The translations under genes and the position numbers were made by a program. The notes under the pieces were generated by a model, which saw only the letters and a list, made by a program, of their open reading frames with translations, was not told the origin of the DNA and ran no database searches. Shown piece by piece: positions 46,801 to 57,093 of a stretch of 60,993 bases of DNA. The stretch is from a virus (lineage: Duplodnaviria; Caudoviricetes): positions 1 to 60,993 of IMG/VR virus record IMGVR_UViG_3300033516_000069. One strand, given 5' to 3'. Position 1 is the stretch's first letter. Every line of letters begins with the position of its first letter.

Positions 46801-46933
46801 ACCATAGGAAGTAGTCGGTTGGACCGAACTTATCCTTCATGATTACTTCACGACCTAACGACTTACCAGACCACTCACCTGTGTAGGTTAGTGTTGTCGA
46901 ATCATTACCTTTTGATGGTCTATATACGATCAT
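43868..46933 (-). CDS. large baseplate-associated protein with DUF2341-like domain
   Basis: D..FT...LLEW..DEYD....IWVRIP....IVMYY; minus-strand TATAAATA at 46950-46957. Confidence 0.8.
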   Translation of the reverse strand: MIVYRPSKGNDSTTLTYTGEWSGKSLGREVIMKDKFGPTDYFLWYSSDLTSDSSWFFKPVTNIDFTTGTTYYRALYIGPHERENLQEFIGTVTSSVTECTSSAPSSDIQVSLWAEGIFTTKNSKQSLVIDNEDDPSGLLAAGTFTPSLNINQTLSVGQWLKVWVKVDIAANPLLIDANVCYIVTIGSLSIKIVKDVSRLSMSRVFHGNLESGDIIIKELIPKIEGIGKIHKVINIDPNQTHVFYNTVDDEFHNLIIERHNNAYDNKFIDVNASPITGPITGFETFADNTLKAVQDVFSCIVSGSLDQKYIVDIFSTKLPDRSYFYIFYNQLNKYDDGKTVSTSAETLPNYNASYGHDKYRWTSGVVSLDFNMFRKETFDESPAGYDNKVLANNWTGQDHKIRDDFFMTSVSMQNDLFSTIGYNTENSYQTASSASPDLVIAGKNYFTELALVWEKDILLDKIDPQILKTPSIAAINTITERSTKEAQLVIDDWGGIDNFDLTHTKATYNLIGISGNNIKYCDLGSPHGNKLKHYAEASIWFDTQKNLKEWSSTFAFRLPVASIATSAATLGLYDDNNATHHHIVYAVDHDLVSSGAQVSDPILTIPTSISGDISLFSINVKNSEYATIEVTYNPTTELLGVTSINTTGGTDVDVFGTKIYLGQENVVTVNTTTTPVSDPNGCGSKVLVNYQIYINGENIKHGSSFVFNSLDPLILKYNPRKKFGGSLSYFELKDYLDNADEYAKAMFKIHSNIAWTHQLYDTPNLSTTVKELQIFQNKRVINFNNLPITHQEIIVPVVLIGSGYRIRNHTNYNSEALRTYDNLVNEQVSFDFKKINLNTVDVAFTMIGDTRLLEWTADEYDVTNDRLTIWVRIPRYTGQRIVMYYNAQRIASLTPTERPNAFRNLLGVWTMNKFITTYGYRFTDQKMFNAGENMLFLQHNDEKYLVQIDYQYMYGFTNVYKSNKFDIAFDDRQVTSDQMPVWESFMREFVGQFKPDFMTINKVRSKFNYRLEIDNYMPKET

Positions 46934-46970
46934 CTATCTTCCTCATACCTATTTATAAATTATAACAGGT

Positions 46971-49900
46971 TTAAGGATTTAAAACTATGCTTAACTGCCC
47001 GTTATTAACATACACCGTGTCAATCGAACGATTTGTATAGGTTAAATACCGATATATGTGGTCTACGTTGAAGCTATTATCCTTTAAAAATATGCTATGC
47101 TCGTCTTTAAAAGATTCTGGAACGATGATAACATTAGACGCCCCGTTTAATCTAGTTGTTATGATAACAAGGTTCTGGTAAACAGTTACTTCCGTAACAT
47201 TCTTTTCTATAAACCTTACTGGTTTCATATTACTGTCGCTGTAATACAAAGTCTCGTCAGCATGAACCACAAGCGTACCGTTAAGAGTCTTTCCGACAAA
47301 CTTTACCTCTTTGAATTCAGCAAAGCTTTGGCGAATGTGTGTTATAAACATGGAAGCGTCTGAACAATCACATACGTTTGAGAAATTACGGAGCTTAGGC
47401 TTTTGTATACGATATGAAATATTAGTCACGTAGCTATATTGGTTAAATACAACGAAACCAGACATGTACCCAGATGGGCGCTTTGATGATGCTAATGTAG
47501 TATCGACATTTCCAGACACAAACTCTGAACCAGTCTTGCTTCCTACTTTGTCAAGGTATGTGATGTCGAGGTTATTAAGTCCCTTTACCATGTATACTAG
47601 TTCTTCATAATTTCCCGCATTTGTTCCAGAAACGTCGCTATTTTTAGATGAAACATTATAGTTAATAACAAGACGCTCTGGTTCGTTTTTCTCGTTAAAA
47701 ATTACACGAATGTAATCCTTGGTAGCAATTACACGTAACTTGTACCAAACACCTGACTTTATTCTCTTAGTGTTGTAATCTCCGAATCCAACAAGGAAAG
47801 ACTTTTTCAATACATCGGTTGCTGCATCGTACTTGGCTATACCAAGACCAACGTCAAAGTCGTATGTTCCAATTCCAACGAAATAATACTCACTAAGATT
47901 ATATGTGTTAGTTATATTACTGTATGTGTTGTTAGCTTTAATAACAAATTCTAACTTTTTACCACGGTAATCTCCGATGATGTCAAGTTTTTCATCAAAG
48001 TATACCATCGCTTCCATATCAAAAACTGGGCTATCTTCATCAACCACAAAAAGTTTTTGTATATCTGGCATCTGAGACAAATTCATGTTAATATTCTTAA
48101 GACGTGTGTCAGAACCAACTTTACCATGTGCTGTATTAAGCTGAGTATTTTCCATGTTTACTCGCATCGCTTGGTAACCACCAACATTAATGATTGAGTA
48201 AAGTTCATCTGACGAGTCAAATATTAAACCCTCCGACGGGGTACGTTCAACAATCGTATACGGTGTTGTTGAGGTTGCTTCATATGGTACGAAAGAGATA
48301 TCGTTTTTTGTACCGAAATTTTGTGTGTATTCTTTATAAGTAAAATTATTTTGTGATGCATTAAATACGTCGAGATACATGTTTAACATGTGTTTACCAA
48401 TCATGGAAGATCCATAAAGGTATTTGTATGAATCATCTGGTGCTAGTGTTATGGCGTTATCTTTGCTGATTGTGTATAAGGAATTGTCAACCACATAGTT
48501 GTTTAGTGATATATCTCGGACGTTTTCGACCCATGCTTCCATCGGAGTTATTTCATGTGGGAGACTGAAGAAGTTTTCTCTTGAACCGTCGAAGAAATAC
48601 CTGAACTCATCTGTAACATCCCAGTCCACCTGATGTGCCTTGTTGTAATTTATTTCAACATATGATCCGACATTGAGATTTATCTTGTTAAAAATACCAT
48701 ATTCTTTATAAAGACTACATACACTTGAATCTATTGGTTCATAAATTCCGTCAATAGACATGTTATCTAAGAGGTATTTATTCCATACGCTGAAGTCTAT
48801 GCCCTGATTCAATACGTTCTGTTTATCTACTGCGTCCATCTTGTTAAGAAGTTCTGTCATCAACCCAAGAGGTGTTAGTGTAATATTAGGAGATTCGTCT
48901 TTACCGTATGATCCACGAATAAAGTTTGCGTATTGTATTATGTTGTCTGAAGGGGTGTGTGCTGAGTCATACCATGCGAAAGGAATATAAAATGTATGGC
49001 ATTTTATAACAGGTGCCTTCTTAAAGGTTTCTTTCTTGGTTGTTCCTAGTATTTTTAATTTTGCTCTCTCGTTTTCTGGAAGAATATCTATATCTTCCTG
49101 GTCCATACCCGAGTAACTCATTCTAACTGTGATCTTTGCGTAATATGTTGTGTTTGGGCGAACCATGTTGCTTTTTTCGCCGTCAGTTAAACGAATCTGA
49201 AGTGCTTTAAGCGTTGATGCTGCTGAAACACATTGTGTTCCAGCGATAAGCGATGCTGCGCGATCAAATGAGAAACCACCTACCTTGTTACCAAAAAGAA
49301 CCTTCATTGAGGCACGGTTACGCTGTTCTTCGCAACTTACCATAGGATTTGCATCATATCCGTAATAGTTGAGATTAGTAGTCATATCATTAATCAAATC
49401 CACTGTAATGATATCAAAGTCTCTCTTTCTAAATACACCACTCCAGTTTGGGTCATTAGATAGTGGTAGCCACCATCTATAATCACCAGATATGTTGTAT
49501 GTTGATGATTGTTCAAGATATGTCAGAAGCTTGCGTACATCCTCGTTAAAAAAGAAGCTGATTCCATTATCATTTGTTGAAAGGTCTGGTTCAGTGTCTC
49601 TGTATACGTTTGAGGTGAAGTCTAACATGGCGGATAACCAGTACCTACAAGAAAGCTCGTTATATTCATTCTCAAATGGATTTAACGTCTTGAGTAGTAC
49701 CGAGCCGTTTGAGTTATTGTAGGAAACTTGATCTTGTGACAGGCGAACGTAAATGCCGTTCAACTTTATCATCATGCCACCATACTCTTTAACATATTGC
49801 TTACCTAAAGTGTATGTTTTTATATGCTCACTCAAAATTCCCAAAGGAAGGAAAACATTATACTTTACGTAATCATTGTATAATTCAGAAACTTCAAAGT

Positions 49901-52900
49901 CGCTGTTCGGTGCATATTGGACAGAGTATCTTGGGACATGGAACGTAAAGCTTCCGTAGATGTATATTTCTTTATTAAGTTCTGTTGAATAGTGTTTTAT
50001 AGTAGTTAATATGTCTTTACAATTACGAAAACGAACGCCTATTGTACGTTTACCACACTCAGTATCAACGATGATCGGGTTGAAGAAGTTATTTCTGAAG
50101 TTTGATTGATCTTGGAGTGTTAGAGGTCCGTCTAACTCAGGGAAGTAGTTGGATAATGGAAATATTTCCTCATATACGCCTATAAAGCCCGGTGTACGCC
50201 CAGATAGTTTATATTGAGATATTCTGTCATTTGTATATAGTGTTCGTCCATATCCAGAACCGTCACGTGTCATACTTGAAAACTGATCGTCTGGACGAGT
50301 TTCGTAATCATCGAGTATTGGTGAGTTATTCGCAATAAATAGCCCAACGTCACCCGATGATGTACCTTGGTTGTCCTTGTACATGTCAAAATTGTACACT
50401 GTGTTTTCTGTTATGAACGGCGATTTATGGTTGCCGAATGGGATAACAATTTTATCGTAAAACTTTGAGTCTAATTTTCCTTCAACCAAGTAGTTACTTG
50501 TTAACCATTCCTTATCAAACCATACAGTGTAGCGAGTTGCTAACTTATCGTTTACTTGTATGTCATTATAGTATATATTTTGTAAAGATGATGCTTGTGA
50601 GTTATTCATCTGATATGTGGAAATATCTGGGTTGAATACCTTCGATATTGTTTCATCGTAATAAGGGATGCTAGTGTCGTAACTACTTAGTATTATGTCG
50701 CGCTGGCGCTGCCACTCTAAGTAATCTGGCTTCAACCATACCTGTTTCTCAACTGGTGTATAAAGAGTCGTGTCGAGGTCGCGGTTATTTAACGCAATAC
50801 TTTTAACTGTTAGTATGGTGTTTTTGCAGCCAAATCCTATGCTGCCGCCATCGCCAGTATATTCATATGGTATGTTGTTAATAACTTGATTTTTTATATT
50901 GTAACTGGTGACGTTTTCTTGTGAAGCGTCGAGGTCTAGATTCTCAATAAGTAATACCCAAGGGTCTGACTCTATTTGTTTACCAAAGTTATTATTTCCA
51001 AGACCTGTTTTTATATCCTTTGACATCTGCGTTTCCGATGTCAGACGCCTCAACCAAGCAGAAACTAACGAACCTGTTACTGAAACTTTCAATTCATATA
51101 TTTGAGAGAAATCGAATTTAAATGGTTCATTAGAATTAACATCGAATATAATTTTATCAAATATCTTATTATCACGGTCCATCGTAAGATTGATTTTCTG
51201 TTGTATGATAGACCCGTCAGTATTTTTTATTACCTTCGACACACTAAATGTACTATCCTTGGCTCGTATGGTTGCTTTATAGTATTGTGTGATAGCGAAC
51301 TTCTCTTTTGGATCAAGTTTAACCCCACGGAAAATAACATGTATTTGATTGTCTGGAACAATTATGTTATAAGTCAATTGGTGTGGTTGATCGAATACGA
51401 AGGTTGTGGACGTATCAAAATCCTTGACCGGTTCGTTATTGGTAACTATAGATGATTCGACTGGATTTTCATTGGCAACTAGGTATGAGATTGACATTCT
51501 CTCCCCATTTTCAAGAAGGTGGTTCATTTCCATGAAGTTTTCTACTTGAATGTATGGGTAGTATTGAAAATACTGTTCAATAGGCATAGCCGATATATCG
51601 ACTAATATTGGCGATCCAGATGGCATCGTTGTACGCCAATCTACTAAATATGGGTTTATATCGCTATTTTCGACAAGGTTTTCAATATTGGAACCGTTGT
51701 TCAGTCTTACGTCACGAATCAGGAATTCATGTATATACTTAATCTTGTTTGTTTCTTCGACGTTGGGAGCCACGCAGCCACTTGATGTAACGATTGTTGA
51801 TGTGGTGATGATACGGTCATCAAACACTATTCTATGTTGTTCCGATTCAAGGTCCAATGCCTGCCATGGTGTTGTAACGTAAAGTGACCCTACGAGTTGG
51901 CTTATCTCATTTGGTGTCATCCACATTTCCACTGGTGTATAAAAATCATCGGTTCCGTAGCGAACTTCTTTTACATAACGTGGTAGTTCGTAGATGTCCC
52001 AATCTGGGTGCTTTCTGTTGATTACTGGCGCTTGTGTAAATACAGATGCGTCTTGTTCGTATTTTTGCACCTTATAGTACGAATCTATCGTCACACATCC
52101 ATCTTTCTTTATTAAATGACCAAGGTCATTAACGTTTCCAATGACCTTGACATTATCCCATATGAGTTTCAGGTTATTGTCATCAAATTCAGCAGATGAA
52201 AATGTCTCATTTGTGACTCCCTTGGAAGTCTTACCGAAGTTCAGTGTCCATAAGTCAATGGCTGTGCCATCTATTGAAAAGAACTTAAGAAACTTAACAA
52301 TATCATCCGGTGTGCCTTTCTTTTTGAATAAATCTGCGGATTTTCCAATAAACTGACGGAAGCTATTAATTTCATCTGTTGACGCTACACCAGCGGCTAT
52401 ACGGTCGATAATATCGTAATTGTTCATATCACCTTGTTCTAACGTGTAACCGACCTTACGGTAGTATGCGTCGTGTCCAAGTGTCTGCGCGAGAAGTTCG
52501 AAATAGTCTGGGCTTATATGGTTGGCATCTACAAGATCATAAACACCAGCTATCTTGGCATGTATCTTGTCAAAGAACTTACCTGCCACGTGGAATAAAG
52601 CGTCCATCTGGGGGTTCTTGATAACATCCCATGTTGGGTAGTTATCCATAAAGAACTTATAAAAGCGGCTTTGAACAGTTATCTCTTTGGTTACTGTATG
52701 TTTGAAGTAAAATGTTTGACCGGCTTCGATGAAGCTTTCTGACCACACAGAGAGTTGTATTTGTATGGTTCCAGGCTCTTTAAACTTATGCGACACGTTC
52801 GAATCGTAATAGTAATTACCATCTGCAAAAAACCACTTGATCTTTGTTATTTTTGTGACGGTGTAATCAGTTACATTAATGGTTGACTTATCAATTCCAT

Positions 52901-53015
52901 CAGTAGTGAGACTTTCCGAATCAACAACAGCACCTATCTGACTATTGTCAGAAAAGTCCATCTGTTCGTTTGCGAAAGCGCCGTTACCTGTTACTAAAAA
53001 GTCTGCTGCGAACAT
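46971..53015 (-). CDS. giant (2014 aa) baseplate wedge protein (PKD + P2 gpI/T4 gp7-like)
   Basis: N-terminal PKD (W.F.DG..SHKF.EPG); D...PDYFELLAQTLG...KKKGT; follows gp6-like gene. Confidence 0.82.
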   Translation of the reverse strand: MFAADFLVTGNGAFANEQMDFSDNSQIGAVVDSESLTTDGIDKSTINVTDYTVTKITKIKWFFADGNYYYDSNVSHKFKEPGTIQIQLSVWSESFIEAGQTFYFKHTVTKEITVQSRFYKFFMDNYPTWDVIKNPQMDALFHVAGKFFDKIHAKIAGVYDLVDANHISPDYFELLAQTLGHDAYYRKVGYTLEQGDMNNYDIIDRIAAGVASTDEINSFRQFIGKSADLFKKKGTPDDIVKFLKFFSIDGTAIDLWTLNFGKTSKGVTNETFSSAEFDDNNLKLIWDNVKVIGNVNDLGHLIKKDGCVTIDSYYKVQKYEQDASVFTQAPVINRKHPDWDIYELPRYVKEVRYGTDDFYTPVEMWMTPNEISQLVGSLYVTTPWQALDLESEQHRIVFDDRIITTSTIVTSSGCVAPNVEETNKIKYIHEFLIRDVRLNNGSNIENLVENSDINPYLVDWRTTMPSGSPILVDISAMPIEQYFQYYPYIQVENFMEMNHLLENGERMSISYLVANENPVESSIVTNNEPVKDFDTSTTFVFDQPHQLTYNIIVPDNQIHVIFRGVKLDPKEKFAITQYYKATIRAKDSTFSVSKVIKNTDGSIIQQKINLTMDRDNKIFDKIIFDVNSNEPFKFDFSQIYELKVSVTGSLVSAWLRRLTSETQMSKDIKTGLGNNNFGKQIESDPWVLLIENLDLDASQENVTSYNIKNQVINNIPYEYTGDGGSIGFGCKNTILTVKSIALNNRDLDTTLYTPVEKQVWLKPDYLEWQRQRDIILSSYDTSIPYYDETISKVFNPDISTYQMNNSQASSLQNIYYNDIQVNDKLATRYTVWFDKEWLTSNYLVEGKLDSKFYDKIVIPFGNHKSPFITENTVYNFDMYKDNQGTSSGDVGLFIANNSPILDDYETRPDDQFSSMTRDGSGYGRTLYTNDRISQYKLSGRTPGFIGVYEEIFPLSNYFPELDGPLTLQDQSNFRNNFFNPIIVDTECGKRTIGVRFRNCKDILTTIKHYSTELNKEIYIYGSFTFHVPRYSVQYAPNSDFEVSELYNDYVKYNVFLPLGILSEHIKTYTLGKQYVKEYGGMMIKLNGIYVRLSQDQVSYNNSNGSVLLKTLNPFENEYNELSCRYWLSAMLDFTSNVYRDTEPDLSTNDNGISFFFNEDVRKLLTYLEQSSTYNISGDYRWWLPLSNDPNWSGVFRKRDFDIITVDLINDMTTNLNYYGYDANPMVSCEEQRNRASMKVLFGNKVGGFSFDRAASLIAGTQCVSAASTLKALQIRLTDGEKSNMVRPNTTYYAKITVRMSYSGMDQEDIDILPENERAKLKILGTTKKETFKKAPVIKCHTFYIPFAWYDSAHTPSDNIIQYANFIRGSYGKDESPNITLTPLGLMTELLNKMDAVDKQNVLNQGIDFSVWNKYLLDNMSIDGIYEPIDSSVCSLYKEYGIFNKINLNVGSYVEINYNKAHQVDWDVTDEFRYFFDGSRENFFSLPHEITPMEAWVENVRDISLNNYVVDNSLYTISKDNAITLAPDDSYKYLYGSSMIGKHMLNMYLDVFNASQNNFTYKEYTQNFGTKNDISFVPYEATSTTPYTIVERTPSEGLIFDSSDELYSIINVGGYQAMRVNMENTQLNTAHGKVGSDTRLKNINMNLSQMPDIQKLFVVDEDSPVFDMEAMVYFDEKLDIIGDYRGKKLEFVIKANNTYSNITNTYNLSEYYFVGIGTYDFDVGLGIAKYDAATDVLKKSFLVGFGDYNTKRIKSGVWYKLRVIATKDYIRVIFNEKNEPERLVINYNVSSKNSDVSGTNAGNYEELVYMVKGLNNLDITYLDKVGSKTGSEFVSGNVDTTLASSKRPSGYMSGFVVFNQYSYVTNISYRIQKPKLRNFSNVCDCSDASMFITHIRQSFAEFKEVKFVGKTLNGTLVVHADETLYYSDSNMKPVRFIEKNVTEVTVYQNLVIITTRLNGASNVIIVPESFKDEHSIFLKDNSFNVDHIYRYLTYTNRSIDTVYVNNGQLSIVLNP

Positions 53016-56000
53016 TAATTAGCCCTTTGTATGATTATATCACCAAGCTTTGGGAACTCATAGGTATTCAATTGAATATCCAATGAGTAGTTCCACTCGG
53101 TTGTCCCTGTTGTATATGTTGTACTGAATAGTGGCTGAAATATTTTAACAAGTGACGGGTCGCGCCGAATAAGTTCCATAAGTTTGTTACGTTGCAATAC
53201 CGATGCATCTGCACCAGCACCACGGATGTCAACTGTATAGTCACTAGCGTTGAACCTATTACCTGGGTCTTTGTTCATCATTACTTCAACTTCAGTTACT
53301 CCTTGTACTTTGACAGCAGACACCATATCTGAGTGTGGTATACGGTCACCAAGTTCATGATTCGAATAGTCAAAGTAATCAATAATATTTTTCTTCATTT
53401 CAGTTTCGATTGTTGAAGAGTTAGCTGTTCGTTCCTTGCTATATCTTACAAGTATGTCAATTGGAACCCATGTAGCAGGAAGAATTTCATGCTTCTTTCC
53501 AATCATCTTTAATGTTGCGCCGTCGAGCTTATCTACAATAACATCTCTTAGGTTTTTAGGTATTATGTTACTACCGTCACGGTTAAGACCTATTATAAAA
53601 ACGTTATTGAACCAATATTTTTCTGCCTCAGATGGTGGAATTATATTTGATGTAACTAACTCGTCATAATTCAGAACACGACACTTGATGATGTAATCTG
53701 AATACACCTGTAATACGTACTTTGCTAAATCTGTTGCTGCAACGTTGCGATTTTGCCTGACAAACGAGTTTGCGATGCCTGTGCGTAGTTCATCAACAGT
53801 CTCGACGCCATTTCCTCCCATCGCTAGTTGGTTTTGTATTATTGTAAGGTCGTTACCAGAAATTCTTGTATTTTCGGAGTCAATCAGTGTAGTAGCTGGT
53901 GAGTTCCCTTGAAAGTATACTTGTGATTTCAAACCAATTACCGATACAAGGGAGCGTTCGAATTCTATATCTGTCTTATCATTACCCAACACATACTGTG
54001 AAATTATTACTTGTGGAGATATAACGTTTTTACCAATATTACCTTCCGCCCCTACGGAATCAAGCCCAAGTATGAACATTTCCTTACCATTGACGGATGC
54101 TCCCCAGTTTATATCGTCTCCAAATTCAATCTTAGTAAGTTTATCGTGGTTTACACTTACGCGGAATACTTTTCTTCCAACATCATCTGACTCATCATAT
54201 CCTGTACCAACACGATTCCATTCATCCCACTTACCCTCTTGATTCTTTACAAACACACGAATAGAATTTGTTGATATGTTTTCGTTATTGACGATGAATG
54301 AAAGGCTTTTTTCATAGACCTTGGTTGGATCAATGTTTACATCCAAAAAGTTATTCGTATTATCTATGATGTTGTTTACGTTTATATACGTAAAGCCGAC
54401 GCTTCCTTGCATGAGGCTACGAATATTGAATGTTTCTGGTGCGTCTACGAAACGGAAACCTGGAATTTCTCTGGATACTACTGTGCGACCAGAGAAGTCA
54501 ACCTCGCCGTGTCTCTGAAACTGGTACGCCGAAGTTCCGTCTACATACCAGTCAACCATGACATCGACATTAATTCCTGGCTCGCGTTGTATTGTAAACT
54601 TACCAGCCGATTTATTGGTATACCAGATTGAAACGTTTTTATTAGGGACTAGTTGAATAGCATATTGATCGTCTATGAATGGTATGTCAAGTTCTACGTC
54701 TACTGTATCGCTTTCTACTGGAATGACTGTTTTATTTGATTGGCGGTACGTACTTTCAACGTCGTATGGTGTAGACTGATCATCGAAAAAGTTATACACC
54801 GACCAACTGACTTTACCTTCAAAGTCCTTCTCTGTTTTTATATCAAACCCATCTGGTGTAAGGTTATCATACCATACCTCAACATTATCATTTGGAGTAA
54901 GTTGTATCATGTAATTTGATTTCCAACCATCTGGAGTCATTACGGGCGAAAGAGGTTTGTTAAACTTCACAGGTATAGTTTTTGTCTTATTTTGAACTAT
55001 CTGTGTCGCTACCCAGTCTACATACCCTTCGAATTCTGTATCTGGTTCTACGTACAGCTTAAAACCACCTTCGAATTCGTCGGCTATCCATTTACGAATA
55101 TTGGCATCAGTAGAAAGTTGTACTTGATATTGGGCACTGGTTTCGCTTGAACCAGGAATAAACACGTTATTAAAAAGAACTTGTTGTACAGTTGTTCCTT
55201 GTGAGAAAAACACGCGACCAGCCTTTTGGTGTGTGGTTTGATATGTTATTTTTTCTGTTACTTGCAAGTTTCCGTATTTTGCACCAGGACCAGTTTGAAG
55301 GCTTTTTGTATTTGACTCTTGATCGGTATTCCGTGTATATATGCGAGCAACAGTGACTTGGTTGCTGACTGGCTCTTTGGTTGTTACGTCAAGAGTAGCT
55401 AAATATCCAATTTCTTGTTTAGTTGGATCATTAATTGTTAATATGACGTTATAAAAATCCACGTTGCTATCAAAGAAATTTTCTTTAAACTTCGGAGTGC
55501 TTATAACACCAGATGTAAACGTATAGTAGTTACCATTAATAAGTACAGTAAATGGTGAACTTGAGCCGCTACTATTAATCACAAGGTTTATCTGCTCAAC
55601 AGCCTGTCCTTTGCCGGGAATTGTCGAGTATGTTACATCGACACTAGAAAGGTTTTCCAAACCAACCTTTCCGATGTAAAAACGCTTATCCGTCGATAGT
55701 TCGCTAATAGATAACGTATATGTTTGTTGAACTGGATCATTTACTGTGAGTATTACCTTTCCAATGATGTCATCGACACGATCATTAAGAATACCGGAGT
55801 CGGTCACAATTTCAAGGTTTGGAGTATATGTGCTTGAATCAAACTTCATCAGCACTGGGTATTCTACATTTTCTACAAGGTTAGTAACATAAGGTAAGCA
55901 AGAGATTGTTTTTATAAATGACTGACCTACGCTGGAAGAATCACCTGGATCTTCAAGTGGGTAGTTTGTTGTATCAAACTTACGGTAATTATCTGGGGGG

Positions 56001-56626
56001 TTTCTTTCTATTATACTAAGAGGTTTGTTTAGACTCAATGGTAACTCTAGGAAAATTGGATTTACTATAGCTGGACCACCTGATATTTCCTCTTGAAAGA
56101 ATGACAACGGGGCTGTGATTGGAAGATTATATCCTTTATACTTGATGTCAGATTGCCCAAGGTTCTTAATTCCCATACCCTTAACGATGTATACGAAAGG
56201 AAGGGGATTTGTAAATATGAAATTTTTATCTGTGGTTGTTTTCTTCGATGATGGGAATATTGAATAAGCTGGGAATTCTATGTATTCCCCTCGCTTACCG
56301 TATACGTATTCGGGGGTTAATGAACCAATAACATCAACAGTAGAAGATACTACTCCACGTGCGTCATAATGAAGCAACTGTCCTATCTTATTAAGGTTAT
56401 TGTAGCGTTTTGCGGTTGGGAGAAATACTTCGTTAGCTGCTGAGTTGATATAATATCCGTTCAAAGCACCGACATATGCTATTTCATCAGTAATAACATT
56501 AACATTTGAACCTTTGATGTTTATATCTTTATATACATCGGTTTCGCTAACCTGTTTAATAAGATCAGACTTCATGGAATCGAAGTCGTAGTTAATGTAA
56601 TTAATAGTTCTGGTCTGATCGGTCAT
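53015..56626 (-). CDS. baseplate wedge subunit, T4 gp6-like, with large insertion
   Basis: YDFDSMK..L, GSN...D..AY, NEVFL.TA, IEFGD..G, GG...ET.DE.R, QNR.V...D. Confidence 0.9.
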   Translation of the reverse strand: MTDQTRTINYINYDFDSMKSDLIKQVSETDVYKDINIKGSNVNVITDEIAYVGALNGYYINSAANEVFLPTAKRYNNLNKIGQLLHYDARGVVSSTVDVIGSLTPEYVYGKRGEYIEFPAYSIFPSSKKTTTDKNFIFTNPLPFVYIVKGMGIKNLGQSDIKYKGYNLPITAPLSFFQEEISGGPAIVNPIFLELPLSLNKPLSIIERNPPDNYRKFDTTNYPLEDPGDSSSVGQSFIKTISCLPYVTNLVENVEYPVLMKFDSSTYTPNLEIVTDSGILNDRVDDIIGKVILTVNDPVQQTYTLSISELSTDKRFYIGKVGLENLSSVDVTYSTIPGKGQAVEQINLVINSSGSSSPFTVLINGNYYTFTSGVISTPKFKENFFDSNVDFYNVILTINDPTKQEIGYLATLDVTTKEPVSNQVTVARIYTRNTDQESNTKSLQTGPGAKYGNLQVTEKITYQTTHQKAGRVFFSQGTTVQQVLFNNVFIPGSSETSAQYQVQLSTDANIRKWIADEFEGGFKLYVEPDTEFEGYVDWVATQIVQNKTKTIPVKFNKPLSPVMTPDGWKSNYMIQLTPNDNVEVWYDNLTPDGFDIKTEKDFEGKVSWSVYNFFDDQSTPYDVESTYRQSNKTVIPVESDTVDVELDIPFIDDQYAIQLVPNKNVSIWYTNKSAGKFTIQREPGINVDVMVDWYVDGTSAYQFQRHGEVDFSGRTVVSREIPGFRFVDAPETFNIRSLMQGSVGFTYINVNNIIDNTNNFLDVNIDPTKVYEKSLSFIVNNENISTNSIRVFVKNQEGKWDEWNRVGTGYDESDDVGRKVFRVSVNHDKLTKIEFGDDINWGASVNGKEMFILGLDSVGAEGNIGKNVISPQVIISQYVLGNDKTDIEFERSLVSVIGLKSQVYFQGNSPATTLIDSENTRISGNDLTIIQNQLAMGGNGVETVDELRTGIANSFVRQNRNVAATDLAKYVLQVYSDYIIKCRVLNYDELVTSNIIPPSEAEKYWFNNVFIIGLNRDGSNIIPKNLRDVIVDKLDGATLKMIGKKHEILPATWVPIDILVRYSKERTANSSTIETEMKKNIIDYFDYSNHELGDRIPHSDMVSAVKVQGVTEVEVMMNKDPGNRFNASDYTVDIRGAGADASVLQRNKLMELIRRDPSLVKIFQPLFSTTYTTGTTEWNYSLDIQLNTYEFPKLGDIIIQRAN

Positions 56627-56635
56627 TTCATATCC

Positions 56636-57019
56636 TTAGAGTTTTTGTAGTACAGCCTGGAATTTACCAAATGTTTCCGTATTTACAAAATGGTAGTTTA
56701 CAGTTATTGTATATTGAAGAAAATCGTAGTTAAAATCCTTATCTATGGAGTCAATGACAACGCGAGGCTCATATTGTATAAAGTTTCTAAAAATATCGTC
56801 TGTAATCTTATTTGCTGTCTCAGAATCAAACATGTCAAAAAGGTACATATTAAAATTACATCCAAAGTCTGGATCCATTAGACGTGAACCTTTGTTTGTG
56901 TTCAAAATGTTAAAAAGTGATTGGTTGATAGCTGCTTGATCATAAACCTGAGAAAAATCACCTTCGTTATTCAAAACGGGTGCAAAAGCAAGATCAGAGT
57001 ATATTTTAGCATTTGCCAT
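56636..57019 (-). CDS. baseplate wedge protein, T4 gp25/GPW-like
   Basis: YSDL, AINQSL.NIL.T.KGSR...PDFG, YEPRV; minus TATAAATA 57050-57057. Confidence 0.92.
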   Translation of the reverse strand: MANAKIYSDLAFAPVLNNEGDFSQVYDQAAINQSLFNILNTNKGSRLMDPDFGCNFNMYLFDMFDSETANKITDDIFRNFIQYEPRVVIDSIDKDFNYDFLQYTITVNYHFVNTETFGKFQAVLQKL

Positions 57020-57093
57020 CGTAGAACCCCGCAAGAGACTTTCTCTTGTTATTTATAATATTTTACCAGACTTGCGCCCTGATTTTAAAACTA

